The notes below the pieces were generated by a model. It was given only the letters and a program-made list of their open reading frames with translations, was not told the origin of the DNA and made no database searches. A stretch of 64,000 nucleotides of DNA from positions 64,001 through 128,000 of the forward strand of contig CAWEHK010000043.1 in the NCBI GenBank assembly GCA_963808625.1, written 5' to 3'. This DNA is from an uncultured delta proteobacterium. Its GTDB lineage: Bacteria; Desulfobacterota; Syntrophobacteria; Syntrophobacterales; Syntrophobacteraceae. How positions within the stretch are numbered: the stretch's first letter is position 1; each line of letters starts with the position of its first letter. Shown here piece after piece: positions 55,433 through 64,000 of this stretch. Both the position numbers and the translations under genes were made by a program.

Positions 55433-56563
55433 TTAGTCCAGCACGGGAATGTTCTTCCTCCGGCACATGTCCTTGAAAATCTTTGGCCAGACGGAAACCG
55501 TGACCTCACCGAGGTGAGCTTTTTTGAGCAACAGCATCTGCGTTCGCGACTGCCCAATGCCCCCACCAATGCTCAGGGGAATCTCGTCATTCAGGATCGC
55601 CTGATGGTAGGGGAACCTGAGAAAGTCGAGCTGACCGGTTTGCTCCAATTGTTTCCGGAGCGCCGCGGCGTCCACACGGACCCCCATGGAAGTCAATTCA
55701 TGGCGGCGTTTGGTCACCGGGTTCCAGACCAGAATGTCCCCATTCAGGCCGTGCATGGGGTGGCCGTCCTGCGAAACGGTCTCGGTTACCCAGTCGTCAT
55801 AATCGGCAGCACGAAGCTCATGAGGGTAGCCGTCTTTCAGGACCCAGCCGATCCCGTAAATGAAAATCGCCGGATATTCTTTCAGGGTTTCCGTCTCCCG
55901 ATCCTTACGCGGCAATTCCGGGAACATGTCCAGGATCTCTTCGGCATGAAGGAAAACGAGTTTATCCGGAAGATTGGGATAGCGGTCCGTTTTCAGTTGC
56001 GGGAAGAGCCCCTGCACAAAGGTTTCCGCCCCTTTGATCACCTTCCACAGTTTTTCCACCACTGCGGTGAGGAACTGCAGGTTCCGTTGTTCCCTGGTTA
56101 TGGCCAGTTCCCAGTCCCATTGGTCGACATAGGCGCTGTGGTCATGGTCGAGGAAGTAATCCTTCCGCACCGCCCGCATGTCCGTCAGGAGGCCCTCTCC
56201 AACCCCCATCCCAAACTGCTTCAAGGCCATCCGTTTCCACTTGGTTGCGGCCTGCACAACTTGAGCCTCGACCGGGTTCTTGCCGTAGTCGTTGGGAATG
56301 TGGAACTGAATCGGGGAACGGGAACCGTCGCGGTCCAGAAGATCATTGATGCCGCTCTCCGCATCCACGATCAGGGGCACGGTAACCGGTATCAAATTGA
56401 GCTCCCGGCAAAGATTCTCCTCGATGTAGTTCTTGACGGCAGTGATGGCCAGTTGGGTTTCTTTTGGCGATAAGAGCGAACAGTAGTCTTGAGGCAGGAT
56501 CAACTCCAGCTCATCGTAGTTGCCAATGCCCGGTCCGGCAAGATCTGCGCCTTTGTTTCCCAT
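55433..56563 (-). CDS. asnA: Aspartate--ammonia ligase
   Basis: KWKR, HSAYVDQWDWE, RAADYDDW, LNGDI and SIGGGIGQSR. Confidence 0.93.
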   Translation of the reverse strand: MGNKGADLAGPGIGNYDELELILPQDYCSLLSPKETQLAITAVKNYIEENLCRELNLIPVTVPLIVDAESGINDLLDRDGSRSPIQFHIPNDYGKNPVEAQVVQAATKWKRMALKQFGMGVGEGLLTDMRAVRKDYFLDHDHSAYVDQWDWELAITREQRNLQFLTAVVEKLWKVIKGAETFVQGLFPQLKTDRYPNLPDKLVFLHAEEILDMFPELPRKDRETETLKEYPAIFIYGIGWVLKDGYPHELRAADYDDWVTETVSQDGHPMHGLNGDILVWNPVTKRRHELTSMGVRVDAAALRKQLEQTGQLDFLRFPYHQAILNDEIPLSIGGGIGQSRTQMLLLKKAHLGEVTVSVWPKIFKDMCRRKNIPVLD

Positions 56564-57350
56564 GGTCGTTATTCCTCCCGATATGGTCTCCGCTTGAGGG
56601 TGGTTTGGGCCGCGCTTCGAGGGAATCCCAGCGAACCCTCGAAGCCTCTGCTTATAGCAGAGTTTGGATGCGGATCAACAAAAAATTGAAGCAGTCTCTT
56701 TGACCGGTTCACTTCGGCGCAATTCCTCATCTTTTCTCTTTCTACTTTCTAAGTGAAGCAGCATACAAATACGTGTCCGTCAGCCACCCCGTGATGCCGG
56801 TGAACATCGGCATCCCATGCCTTCCTGGATTCCGGCTTCCGCCGGAATGGCGATTTAGAGCGCTGGACGATTTTGAGATAGTTTCTACGGTATCGCGGCT
56901 CCTGCCAATGGCTTTATTCAGCCTCCAATGTTTGTATCGCTGTCTCGCGCTCGCCGCGAAGACCCTATTGCCGGAGAACTTGCCGGCATTGAAACAGTTG
57001 TCGCCGTTGGGTTCTACTTAAAATTTGACACTATTCATTGTTAGGTCTACAATTCGCCAGTCAAGCTTTTAATGGCACTTCATCAAGTCAGCCATCTGGT
57101 GTGCCGTGAACTGTCCAAAACTTCTTCGGTCCAGGGGGGTATGAGTGGATTTCACCGGCGGGGGTGAGCGCACATCCTCCATGACCATTAGGCGTCATTC
57201 AAGAGCGGACATTATGGAAGGAAGGGGGTGGAATGGCACGCGAACGGATTCAGTAGCAGGACGACGCTCCTAAAATGGTCAAATCCTTTTGGAGCGCCCG
57301 GTCGTTCACTTTTAATGTTTCAGGGTTAAGCCCCTGGAAGGAGGATTCAA

Positions 57351-57961
57351 ATGAAACGGATTCTAATGGGCATTTTGGTTTCGGGATTGATCATCGGCAT
57401 ATCGGATTTTGTTCAGGCTAAGTGTACCAAAATCCAAGACGGAGTTTTGGTTTCCTCGTCTGGAGATGTGTTGACCACGGGCTATGAAAATGGGCTTAGA
57501 ATTATCAAGCACACCTGTTTAACGGCACGTATTGCGACGCTTATCAAAATGCAGGTTGGTGCCAGCCCTACAAAGACGATGAACTGATCATGAAGTGGAA
57601 CGACGCATGGCTGTCAAACAAGGATTGCGATGGAGATGGATTGCTCGACCGTCACTCCGGATATGCCAACTACATTGGTTCCGGAGCATGGCTGACCAAT
57701 CATCAAAAAGGTGTATACATTGACACGGACGGCCTGAAGCAAAGGTGGGAATACTTCTGTAAGATCGTTGCAGCGCCGGCAGACGCCATTTTAACAGGCG
57801 GAATGTGGTATGCTCAGGACGGCAAAGAACTCGGCCCCGCAATATGGGGTGAGTTCATAACTATCCAAGAGATCTACAATGATACCGGAACCGGTGATCA
57901 CGGCGTGCTGTACAAGAGTCCTTACAGTGCCGGTTTTGGGCGTTTTTCGCCAAAACAGTAA
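57351..57961 (+). CDS. Exported hypothetical protein (frameshifted)
   Basis: AAGGAGG RBS and signal peptide; continues in ORF 57590-57961 with DCDGDGLLD. Confidence 0.7.
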
Positions 57962-57989
57962 CTAGATTGGAGCAACAGAGAACGTTTTG

Positions 57990-58018
57990 AAGGCAGGGTC
58001 AGCAATGACCCTGCCTTT
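57990..58018 (+). terminator. Intrinsic terminator
   Basis: AAGGCAGGGTCA-GCAA-TGACCCTGCCTTT. Confidence 0.75.
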
Positions 58019-58174
58019 GTCGTTCCGGCTTCATTAGACCAGAAGCAAGCTGACCCACGATGAGGCAAATTCGGCTTATCCAGCGCCATGGAAATTAACA
58101 GCTACCAACCCTCATAGGAACGGTCGAAAGGCGATTCTTTCAATGGAATGGGACGCCGCGGCGGAGCGTTGTCT

Positions 58175-59195
58175 TCAAGTCCCAGCCTTCACCGGCACCG
58201 GCATGGGCAGTCCCTCACGGACCTTGCGTGAAAAGTCCGGCATCATTCCCGATGGAATGGGCACGGGGATTGATATAGCAGCGCTGTCTCAATTCCTCGA
58301 AGGCCAGGCTGGTATCAAGCCCACCCAGGTCATAGGCATACTGGGCGGCATAACCCGAAAGGAGTATCTTCCAATTATACCTGGCTTTTCCGCCAAAGGC
58401 CCGGATATGCCTGATGACGTTGGTCGTGCAGTTCGTGGTGAGCGTGTTGTAGAATTCCGGCTGTTGTTTCAGGGCGTTGATCTTGTGAATATACTCGAGG
58501 AAGAGCCGTTGGGCGTTCTCCGGGGAGATCCGGGTGCGGTAGAGGTAGACATCTTCCTGCGGGTCCCGGTAGTCGGTTCGTAAACGGATGATATCACGCT
58601 CATCCGCCGCCACGTAGATCAGCTCATATTGCCGGAAGAAACCCTTGACGGAGGAATAGCCCTCGTTCTTGTCTTTCCTCGCCTCGATGGAAAAAGCGAC
58701 GTAATCCGTTCCGCCGAAACCGAAGCTGAGCATGACGTGAGCGATGGCGTCCCCCATCCAGTAGACCGTAACGAGATCGACCGAGTCGAGCTTGCGCAGG
58801 TCGAACGTCTTGTCGTAGTAGTTTGCATCGAAGTCCGTCTCCGTCCGGTAGGTGAAGTTGCGGATGTTGTGGAGCGTGACCAGGTTATCCTCGATCGTGG
58901 CATAGGGCAGCACGGCCACGTCAACTTGCCAGTCGCGCGCATTCGATGGCGCGATCGTGGTCCACCAAACCACGACCAGGGCGAAAACCCCGAGAAACCA
59001 GAACAGGGTACGGCGACGGCGGGGGAGAACGAGGAACGCCGCAAGCGTTGCGAGCGCGAATAGTCCGGCCAGGGCCGTCCTCAGGTAAGCGCCCGGCAAG
59101 TCCGAGTAGTAGATAGCAAAGGAGGCCCAGGCCGTCATACCGGCAACAAGAAACCCAATCAGACTGATGCCGGCAATCCTGGCGATCTTTCCCAC
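58175..59195 (-). CDS. DUF4105-type membrane protein
   Basis: Three N-terminal TM segments; NIRNF, IAHVMLSFGF, ADERD and FYNTLTTNCTT; frameshift near the 3' end. Confidence 0.8.
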
Positions 59196-59596
59196 GATGT
59201 TCAGTTACCTTAAGAGGTTCAGGTTCATCTTCCTGCCACCTTGAGGAAATGGCAGCGCCAGGGACTGAGGTCCCCATAAAGCCCAGGGCTGAGAGCGTGT
59301 CTGAAAATTCAATTTTCGTGCAGCCCTCGGTTTAAAAATCCCTCCCGACCCCCTTAGAAAAGGGGGACTCAAAAATCCCCTTTTCATAATCGAGTTAATG
59401 AAACGGTTTGGCAGCCCCTTCCACTCGGGTAAGCGGCCCATGGGAGGTTTCACTCTTGGAGGGAGAACCGTGCAACCGGTAGAGCCGCCAGACTTCTCCA
59501 CCAAACGCCCTGGCGGCTGGGGGAGAAGTCTGAAAGAGGAGACGGTTGGCCACGGTTGTCTTCATTAGTCGGAAATATCGGGTACCGAGGACATTC

Positions 59597-60481
59597 CTAC
59601 ACTTCCAGCCACGAGTCGGAATAGAGCGTATTGCCCAGAATGACCTTGGCGGTTTTCACATAGTCAACTTCTTCTTTTGATAACGATGCCATATCGATGG
59701 GCTCGCCATCTTCCACTTTATAAACCAGGGCTTCGAGGTCAGGCCGCTTCCCCCGGGCAATCTCATGGAGCGGGGTGTCGAAGGTGTCGACGATGGCGGA
59801 ATAGAGTCCATGACGTTTCCAAATCATGAGCATCACCTGGTTGAGAATGGGCCGCAAGTGCTCCGGGGGTCCATTGGACACATTCGAAAGCCCGATCGTG
59901 CTCCGGGCTCCCGGCGCAATATCCTGGAACATTTTCATGAATTCGAGAACACTCATGATTTGCCCTTGCTGCACATTTACCGGGGTCTGGATGGGATCGA
60001 TGAGCATCCGCTCAGGATCGATCCCGAATTCACCGGTCGCCTTGAACACCAGTTCGGCACAGAGCGCCCCGCGCTCATTCTCATCCCGGGGCATACCCTC
60101 CGGCCCCCAAAGCAGCCCGACAAAATCGGCATCGTATTCAGCGGCAAGGGGCAGCAGCGCGTCCATTCTCTCCGGACGCACCATGATTGAATTGATCAAC
60201 GGCCGCCCTTTTTTGTGCACCTTGAGGCCGGCTTCGATGGCCTTGATATTGGAGGTATCAAGGGCCAGCGGGAGGTCCACGACCTCGTGCACCACCGGCA
60301 CCAGCCAGGTCATCAAGTCGACACCGGTCTTCCCCGCCGGGCCGATATTGAGGTCGATCCAGTCCATGCCGGCTTCGGCTTCCTGAACCGCGAGTTCCTG
60401 CAAGGTTTTTGCATCCTTTTCCTTAAGAGCCTTGCCATATTTTTTGCTCATAATGTTTAGATTTTCACCAATGAGCTTCAT
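59597..60481 (-). CDS. acsE: Methyltetrahydrofolate:corrinoid Fe-S protein methyltransferase
   Basis: LIGENLN, IDLNIG, LDTSN, INSI and GLSNVSNG; downstream of acsC. Confidence 0.9.
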   Translation of the reverse strand: MKLIGENLNIMSKKYGKALKEKDAKTLQELAVQEAEAGMDWIDLNIGPAGKTGVDLMTWLVPVVHEVVDLPLALDTSNIKAIEAGLKVHKKGRPLINSIMVRPERMDALLPLAAEYDADFVGLLWGPEGMPRDENERGALCAELVFKATGEFGIDPERMLIDPIQTPVNVQQGQIMSVLEFMKMFQDIAPGARSTIGLSNVSNGPPEHLRPILNQVMLMIWKRHGLYSAIVDTFDTPLHEIARGKRPDLEALVYKVEDGEPIDMASLSKEEVDYVKTAKVILGNTLYSDSWLEV

Positions 60482-60697
60482 GCTTGCGTCCTCCCTCCAT
60501 TTTGCCATTACTCACAGGCTGCTGAAGAATCTCCTTTTCGATGCTCGATAGCTGCTCCTGCCCGCACAGGCAGAAAGGCCCCGTAGGTTGGGGTTCGTTC
60601 CTCTCCATCATGATGGTGGTTCATACCACAGCGATTGATCGAGGAACGAAACCCAACGCACGCATCGAATTCGGACACTCATTTACACGGCACTGTA

Positions 60698-62047
60698 CTA
60701 AGGCTTCCAAACCTTAAGAAACTTGGGTATCTGGCTCGCTTCCCGGGGACCTACCGTCACCGTCCAGCCCCCGAGCTCCTCCTCAAGCTCCCCGCTGATC
60801 CCGGCGGCATAGCCCGGAATGACAATGGTCTTGTGTTTGACCTTGTCTTTGATGCCGCATTTGTTGATGAAGGTCCCCACCGATTCACCGGAGAACTTGC
60901 CGGCCGCCCAGGCCGTCATGACCGACAACCCCTCCGTATCCTGAACGCAAAGCCATGACGGTATGCGACTGGACTCAATTTCCCCCGAAACAATGAAGTA
61001 GGTGAGGGAGAAGTTGCACGTGACCAGAACGGGCGCGTTTTCATCGGGGTTGTTAATGGGGTAGATTCCCTGCTCAGCGGTCATCGGCCGCTGCGGATCA
61101 GTGTAAATATTGAGGCGCTCCAGAAAGAGCGGGAAGAGCGTATGGGGCTGGAAATCACTCATGGCGATCACCGCCCCATATTTGGCCACAAAGGTCGCGG
61201 CCACAAGGGTCTCGTCCATCAAATTGTCAGCCATCTCATTGGCCATGATGATGGTCGGGAAACCCAGGGGGCGGAATTTGTCCTTAAGCGCGGCTCTGCG
61301 GATGAGGACCTGGTGTTCAAAGACCTTTTTCAGTTCCCGGCTGCCCGTGTCGATGACCAGGTCTTTGAGTCCCATGCCGCTGAGTTTTTCGGTGAGGGCA
61401 ATCACGCTCTCGAGGCTGCCGTCACCCTTGACGGCAAGGGGACAGGCCACCTCCTTGGCAAGTTCCCCAAAGGCGTCGGCATTGTCCGCCGTCGCCGCAT
61501 ACAGCAGCGGCTTCTTATCCTTCAAGGCGGCCGCGGCATCCTTCAGGACGTCGAATTTGTCCGCTTTCAAAACGAGGCTCGCCCCGGTCCCGTCGGAAAC
61601 CTTCCTGGCGAGTGCCGTGAATTTAGCGGCATCACCCGAAGTGTCCTGGACGACAAACATTTCGGCGCGCAGCTTGAGGCCCACGCGGTCATACTGGCAG
61701 GCTTTGAAGCGGCCCATTTTTCCGTCAACGGAACCTTCATCCTCATCGGTGCTGACGACGGCCGCCAGGCCGGGGGGATTCACAAAGGTTTTTTCATGGC
61801 GAAAAAGGACGGTCTCACCGCCTACTTTAACCGCGTAATCGCCGGTTCCGATGGTCAAGGGTCGGATCGGCGGCGCGGATTCCGACGCCAGCTTTTCTTT
61901 AGCCTCTTCCGAAACGTAAGGACACTTTTCCAACTCGGCTTTCCCCCCCGCCAGGTTCATGGCGAAGGCCAGACACGTTGGGACCCCACATTCACCGCAG
62001 TTGGTCTTGGGAAGCAACTTAAAAATTTGAATACCCGTTAAGCCCAT
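60698..62047 (-). CDS. acsC: Corrinoid iron-sulfur protein large (gamma) subunit
   Basis: LPKTNCGECGVPTCLAFA, GGETVLFRHEK, IYTDPQRP and SVMTAWAAGKF. Confidence 0.95.
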   Translation of the reverse strand: MGLTGIQIFKLLPKTNCGECGVPTCLAFAMNLAGGKAELEKCPYVSEEAKEKLASESAPPIRPLTIGTGDYAVKVGGETVLFRHEKTFVNPPGLAAVVSTDEDEGSVDGKMGRFKACQYDRVGLKLRAEMFVVQDTSGDAAKFTALARKVSDGTGASLVLKADKFDVLKDAAAALKDKKPLLYAATADNADAFGELAKEVACPLAVKGDGSLESVIALTEKLSGMGLKDLVIDTGSRELKKVFEHQVLIRRAALKDKFRPLGFPTIIMANEMADNLMDETLVAATFVAKYGAVIAMSDFQPHTLFPLFLERLNIYTDPQRPMTAEQGIYPINNPDENAPVLVTCNFSLTYFIVSGEIESSRIPSWLCVQDTEGLSVMTAWAAGKFSGESVGTFINKCGIKDKVKHKTIVIPGYAAGISGELEEELGGWTVTVGPREASQIPKFLKVWKP

Positions 62048-62059
62048 AGGATTTTCTCC

Positions 62060-64000
62060 TCATCCCAAAATCGATTCCATGGTCAAAGCCGGATGGCCCA
62101 CCTCCTCGAGGAAGGCATAGATTTCGTCCTCGGTGACTCCCTGTTCTTCCGTAGCAATCATGTCGATGAAGTTGGGGACCCCAATCTCTTCCCCGCGCTT
62201 GAGCAGCCGCTCCCGAAGTTCCTCTTTAAGCATCTTCGGCATCCAGACGAGCCGCAGAAGACCGCCGTCACCCAAAACAAATTTGCGCTGGGTAATGTTA
62301 TACTTGCTGTGCCCCACAAACCCCGGCGTGACATTGCCGCCGCCAATGGTCCCTGCAAGGGTCGTGAATTTCATACCGCTCGGCGTCATCCCGGTGAAAT
62401 CGCGATTGACGGTCATAATGCCGTTACTCATGGGCAGGATGGCGGCGATGCACTCGCAGCAGCCACACGTGGTCATCGGGTCGTAGACGATGCTGTAGAA
62501 ATTGTAGCTCGAGATGGATTGGCGCGAAGCCTTGTAGACGAAATCGTTTACACCCTTCCAGTTGCCCAGTTTGGGATCGAGGGTATCACCCTTCTGGATG
62601 GGCTGGTTGGGCCCGGTCGAGTTGATTTCAAAGGAAGCCTTGCAATCCAGCCAGTTATAGGCACCGCACAACCCGGTCCGCTCCGGGCTGATGACGCACA
62701 CATGCGTTGGCGCAAAGGACTGGCACAGCGTGCAGGAGTAGTAGGTTTCCGTCCCCTCGTCGGTCATGCCCTCGATGCGATCGTCGCGGGTCCCATAAGC
62801 ATGCTGAGCGAGCGGCAGGATTTCCTTGACCTTTGCCTCATCCGTGTAGATTTTTACCTGGCACTTGTCAAAGATGGCGCCAAAATCCTGGTGGAATTTG
62901 GCATGCAGGATTTTCCCGATGTGCTCGAGGGTAAAGCCCTTTTCGACCGCCTGTTTGCCAATGCGATACCAGGCGATATCCCGCTGGCCGATGTGCATGA
63001 TTCCTTGAGCATAATTGACCAGGTGATGGATCTGGCGTTCGAGAATGGGTTCATAATCTTCCTGCATTTTGCGGCCCGCCACTTCCACTACGACCGCAAG
63101 AGGCAGCCTGTTTCCAGGTTGAATATCCTTGATGTCGGGACCGATAACGTCGACTCTGCCGTCTTCCACGGCATCCATATCGGCAATCTGCACCAGCTCA
63201 AAGCAGGGCGTTCTGCCCCCGCCGCATTCGAGATACACGTCATCCTTGCGCACCCGCTCGCCCTCGAAAGCAGGCCCATACGCTATGGGAATGGGGATTT
63301 CCGTGATCGTGACCTTGAGGCCGCGCACCTCGATGGACTTTGCCGTCATCTGATCGTGGGGCACATTGGCGACCACGTGCTCGTAGGTGCAGATCCCCGT
63401 CGGGAGGACTTCGGGGATATCCGTGTCAGAAATCGTGGGGAAGCCCCAGTTGATGGCCCCAGCCGCATTGGCCGCCCACTCCGCATTGACCTCTCCGAGC
63501 GCGTTGACAAAGGCAAACACCCGGTCTTTGTTGTATTTCAACACGGTGCGGTAATCGCCCGGCTGGACTCCACCGAAGGCCATCGCGGCCCGGTTGGCAA
63601 AGCCCAGCGCGAACACCGCCCCCGAAATATCCGGACCAAAAGGCACCAGGCGGGTGCCCCAACCAACCTGCACGCCGGCCTCAATCAACTGATCGGTAAA
63701 GGTGGTGCCGGCCTGGTTGGCACACATGAAGACGTACAGATTTTTCTTTTGATAGTCTTCCGCAATCATCTTGGCGGTTTCGGGGTCCGGTGCCGCGCCT
63801 ACGATGGCCGCAAACCCGGGGGCGCTGCCATCGACAAACTCGATACCGCGTTTGCGCATGATCGTGTCGTCAGCAGCCCCGAGCCAGATCCTTCCCCCCT
63901 CGACATCACAATCTTCGCCGGGGAGATAAAAATCCGGGTCTTCGACATACCGAATAGCCTCTCCGACTTCCTCAGCAAGAATCGCGGCCATCCCTGCATC
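62060..64000 (-). CDS. acsB: Acetyl-CoA synthase subunit (5' end beyond right edge of window)
   Basis: YSCTLCQSFAPTHVC, GLCGAYNWLD and PMTTCGCCEC. Confidence 0.96.
   Translation of the reverse strand, partial: DAGMAAILAEEVGEAIRYVEDPDFYLPGEDCDVEGGRIWLGAADDTIMRKRGIEFVDGSAPGFAAIVGAAPDPETAKMIAEDYQKKNLYVFMCANQAGTTFTDQLIEAGVQVGWGTRLVPFGPDISGAVFALGFANRAAMAFGGVQPGDYRTVLKYNKDRVFAFVNALGEVNAEWAANAAGAINWGFPTISDTDIPEVLPTGICTYEHVVANVPHDQMTAKSIEVRGLKVTITEIPIPIAYGPAFEGERVRKDDVYLECGGGRTPCFELVQIADMDAVEDGRVDVIGPDIKDIQPGNRLPLAVVVEVAGRKMQEDYEPILERQIHHLVNYAQGIMHIGQRDIAWYRIGKQAVEKGFTLEHIGKILHAKFHQDFGAIFDKCQVKIYTDEAKVKEILPLAQHAYGTRDDRIEGMTDEGTETYYSCTLCQSFAPTHVCVISPERTGLCGAYNWLDCKASFEINSTGPNQPIQKGDTLDPKLGNWKGVNDFVYKASRQSISSYNFYSIVYDPMTTCGCCECIAAILPMSNGIMTVNRDFTGMTPSGMKFTTLAGTIGGGNVTPGFVGHSKYNITQRKFVLGDGGLLRLVWMPKMLKEELRERLLKRGEEIGVPNFIDMIATEEQGVTEDEIYAFLEEVGHPALTMESILG

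Noticed and set aside
59400..59540. Possible riboswitch (c-di-GMP-like GGGGCTGCCAA on the minus strand) between acsE and the DUF4105 gene
   Set aside because: Hairpins are present, but I could not identify the conserved core motifs; an Rfam/Infernal scan is needed.

Overview
GC-rich anaerobic bacterial chromosome segment that looks deltaproteobacterial (Desulfobacterota-like). This is inferred from acsB/acsC/acsE, ahbC/ahbD, nifU/nifS and ppdK. Many genes are split by single-base indels, most likely uncorrected long-read errors. The main feature is a complete diversity-generating retroelement (DGR) at about 25.4-37.0 kb, all on the minus strand: avd, a 120-bp template repeat (TR, 30684-30803) and a DGR reverse transcriptase. 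It has two flanking targets, both NACHT/STAND NTPases ending in an FGE-sulfatase (CLec-fold) domain. Their variable repeats differ from TR almost only at TR adenines (16/16 and 15/17 mismatches). One target has an N-terminal metallophosphoesterase. The other starts with a ~140-aa helical domain plus a Gly/Ala/Val pseudo-repeat that is also encoded as a near-identical stand-alone gene just upstream, resembling an NLR/amyloid-signalling effector pair with a hypermutable sensor. A third NACHT gene (DUF4062 N-terminus) runs off the left edge. Also present: a probable selenoprotein (in-frame UGA in a DUF1573-type CGC motif), two near-identical IS4-family copies with 9-bp target duplications, several MITE/REP families, heptamer tandem repeats, a Phd-VapC toxin-antitoxin pair and a bacterial cereblon homologue.
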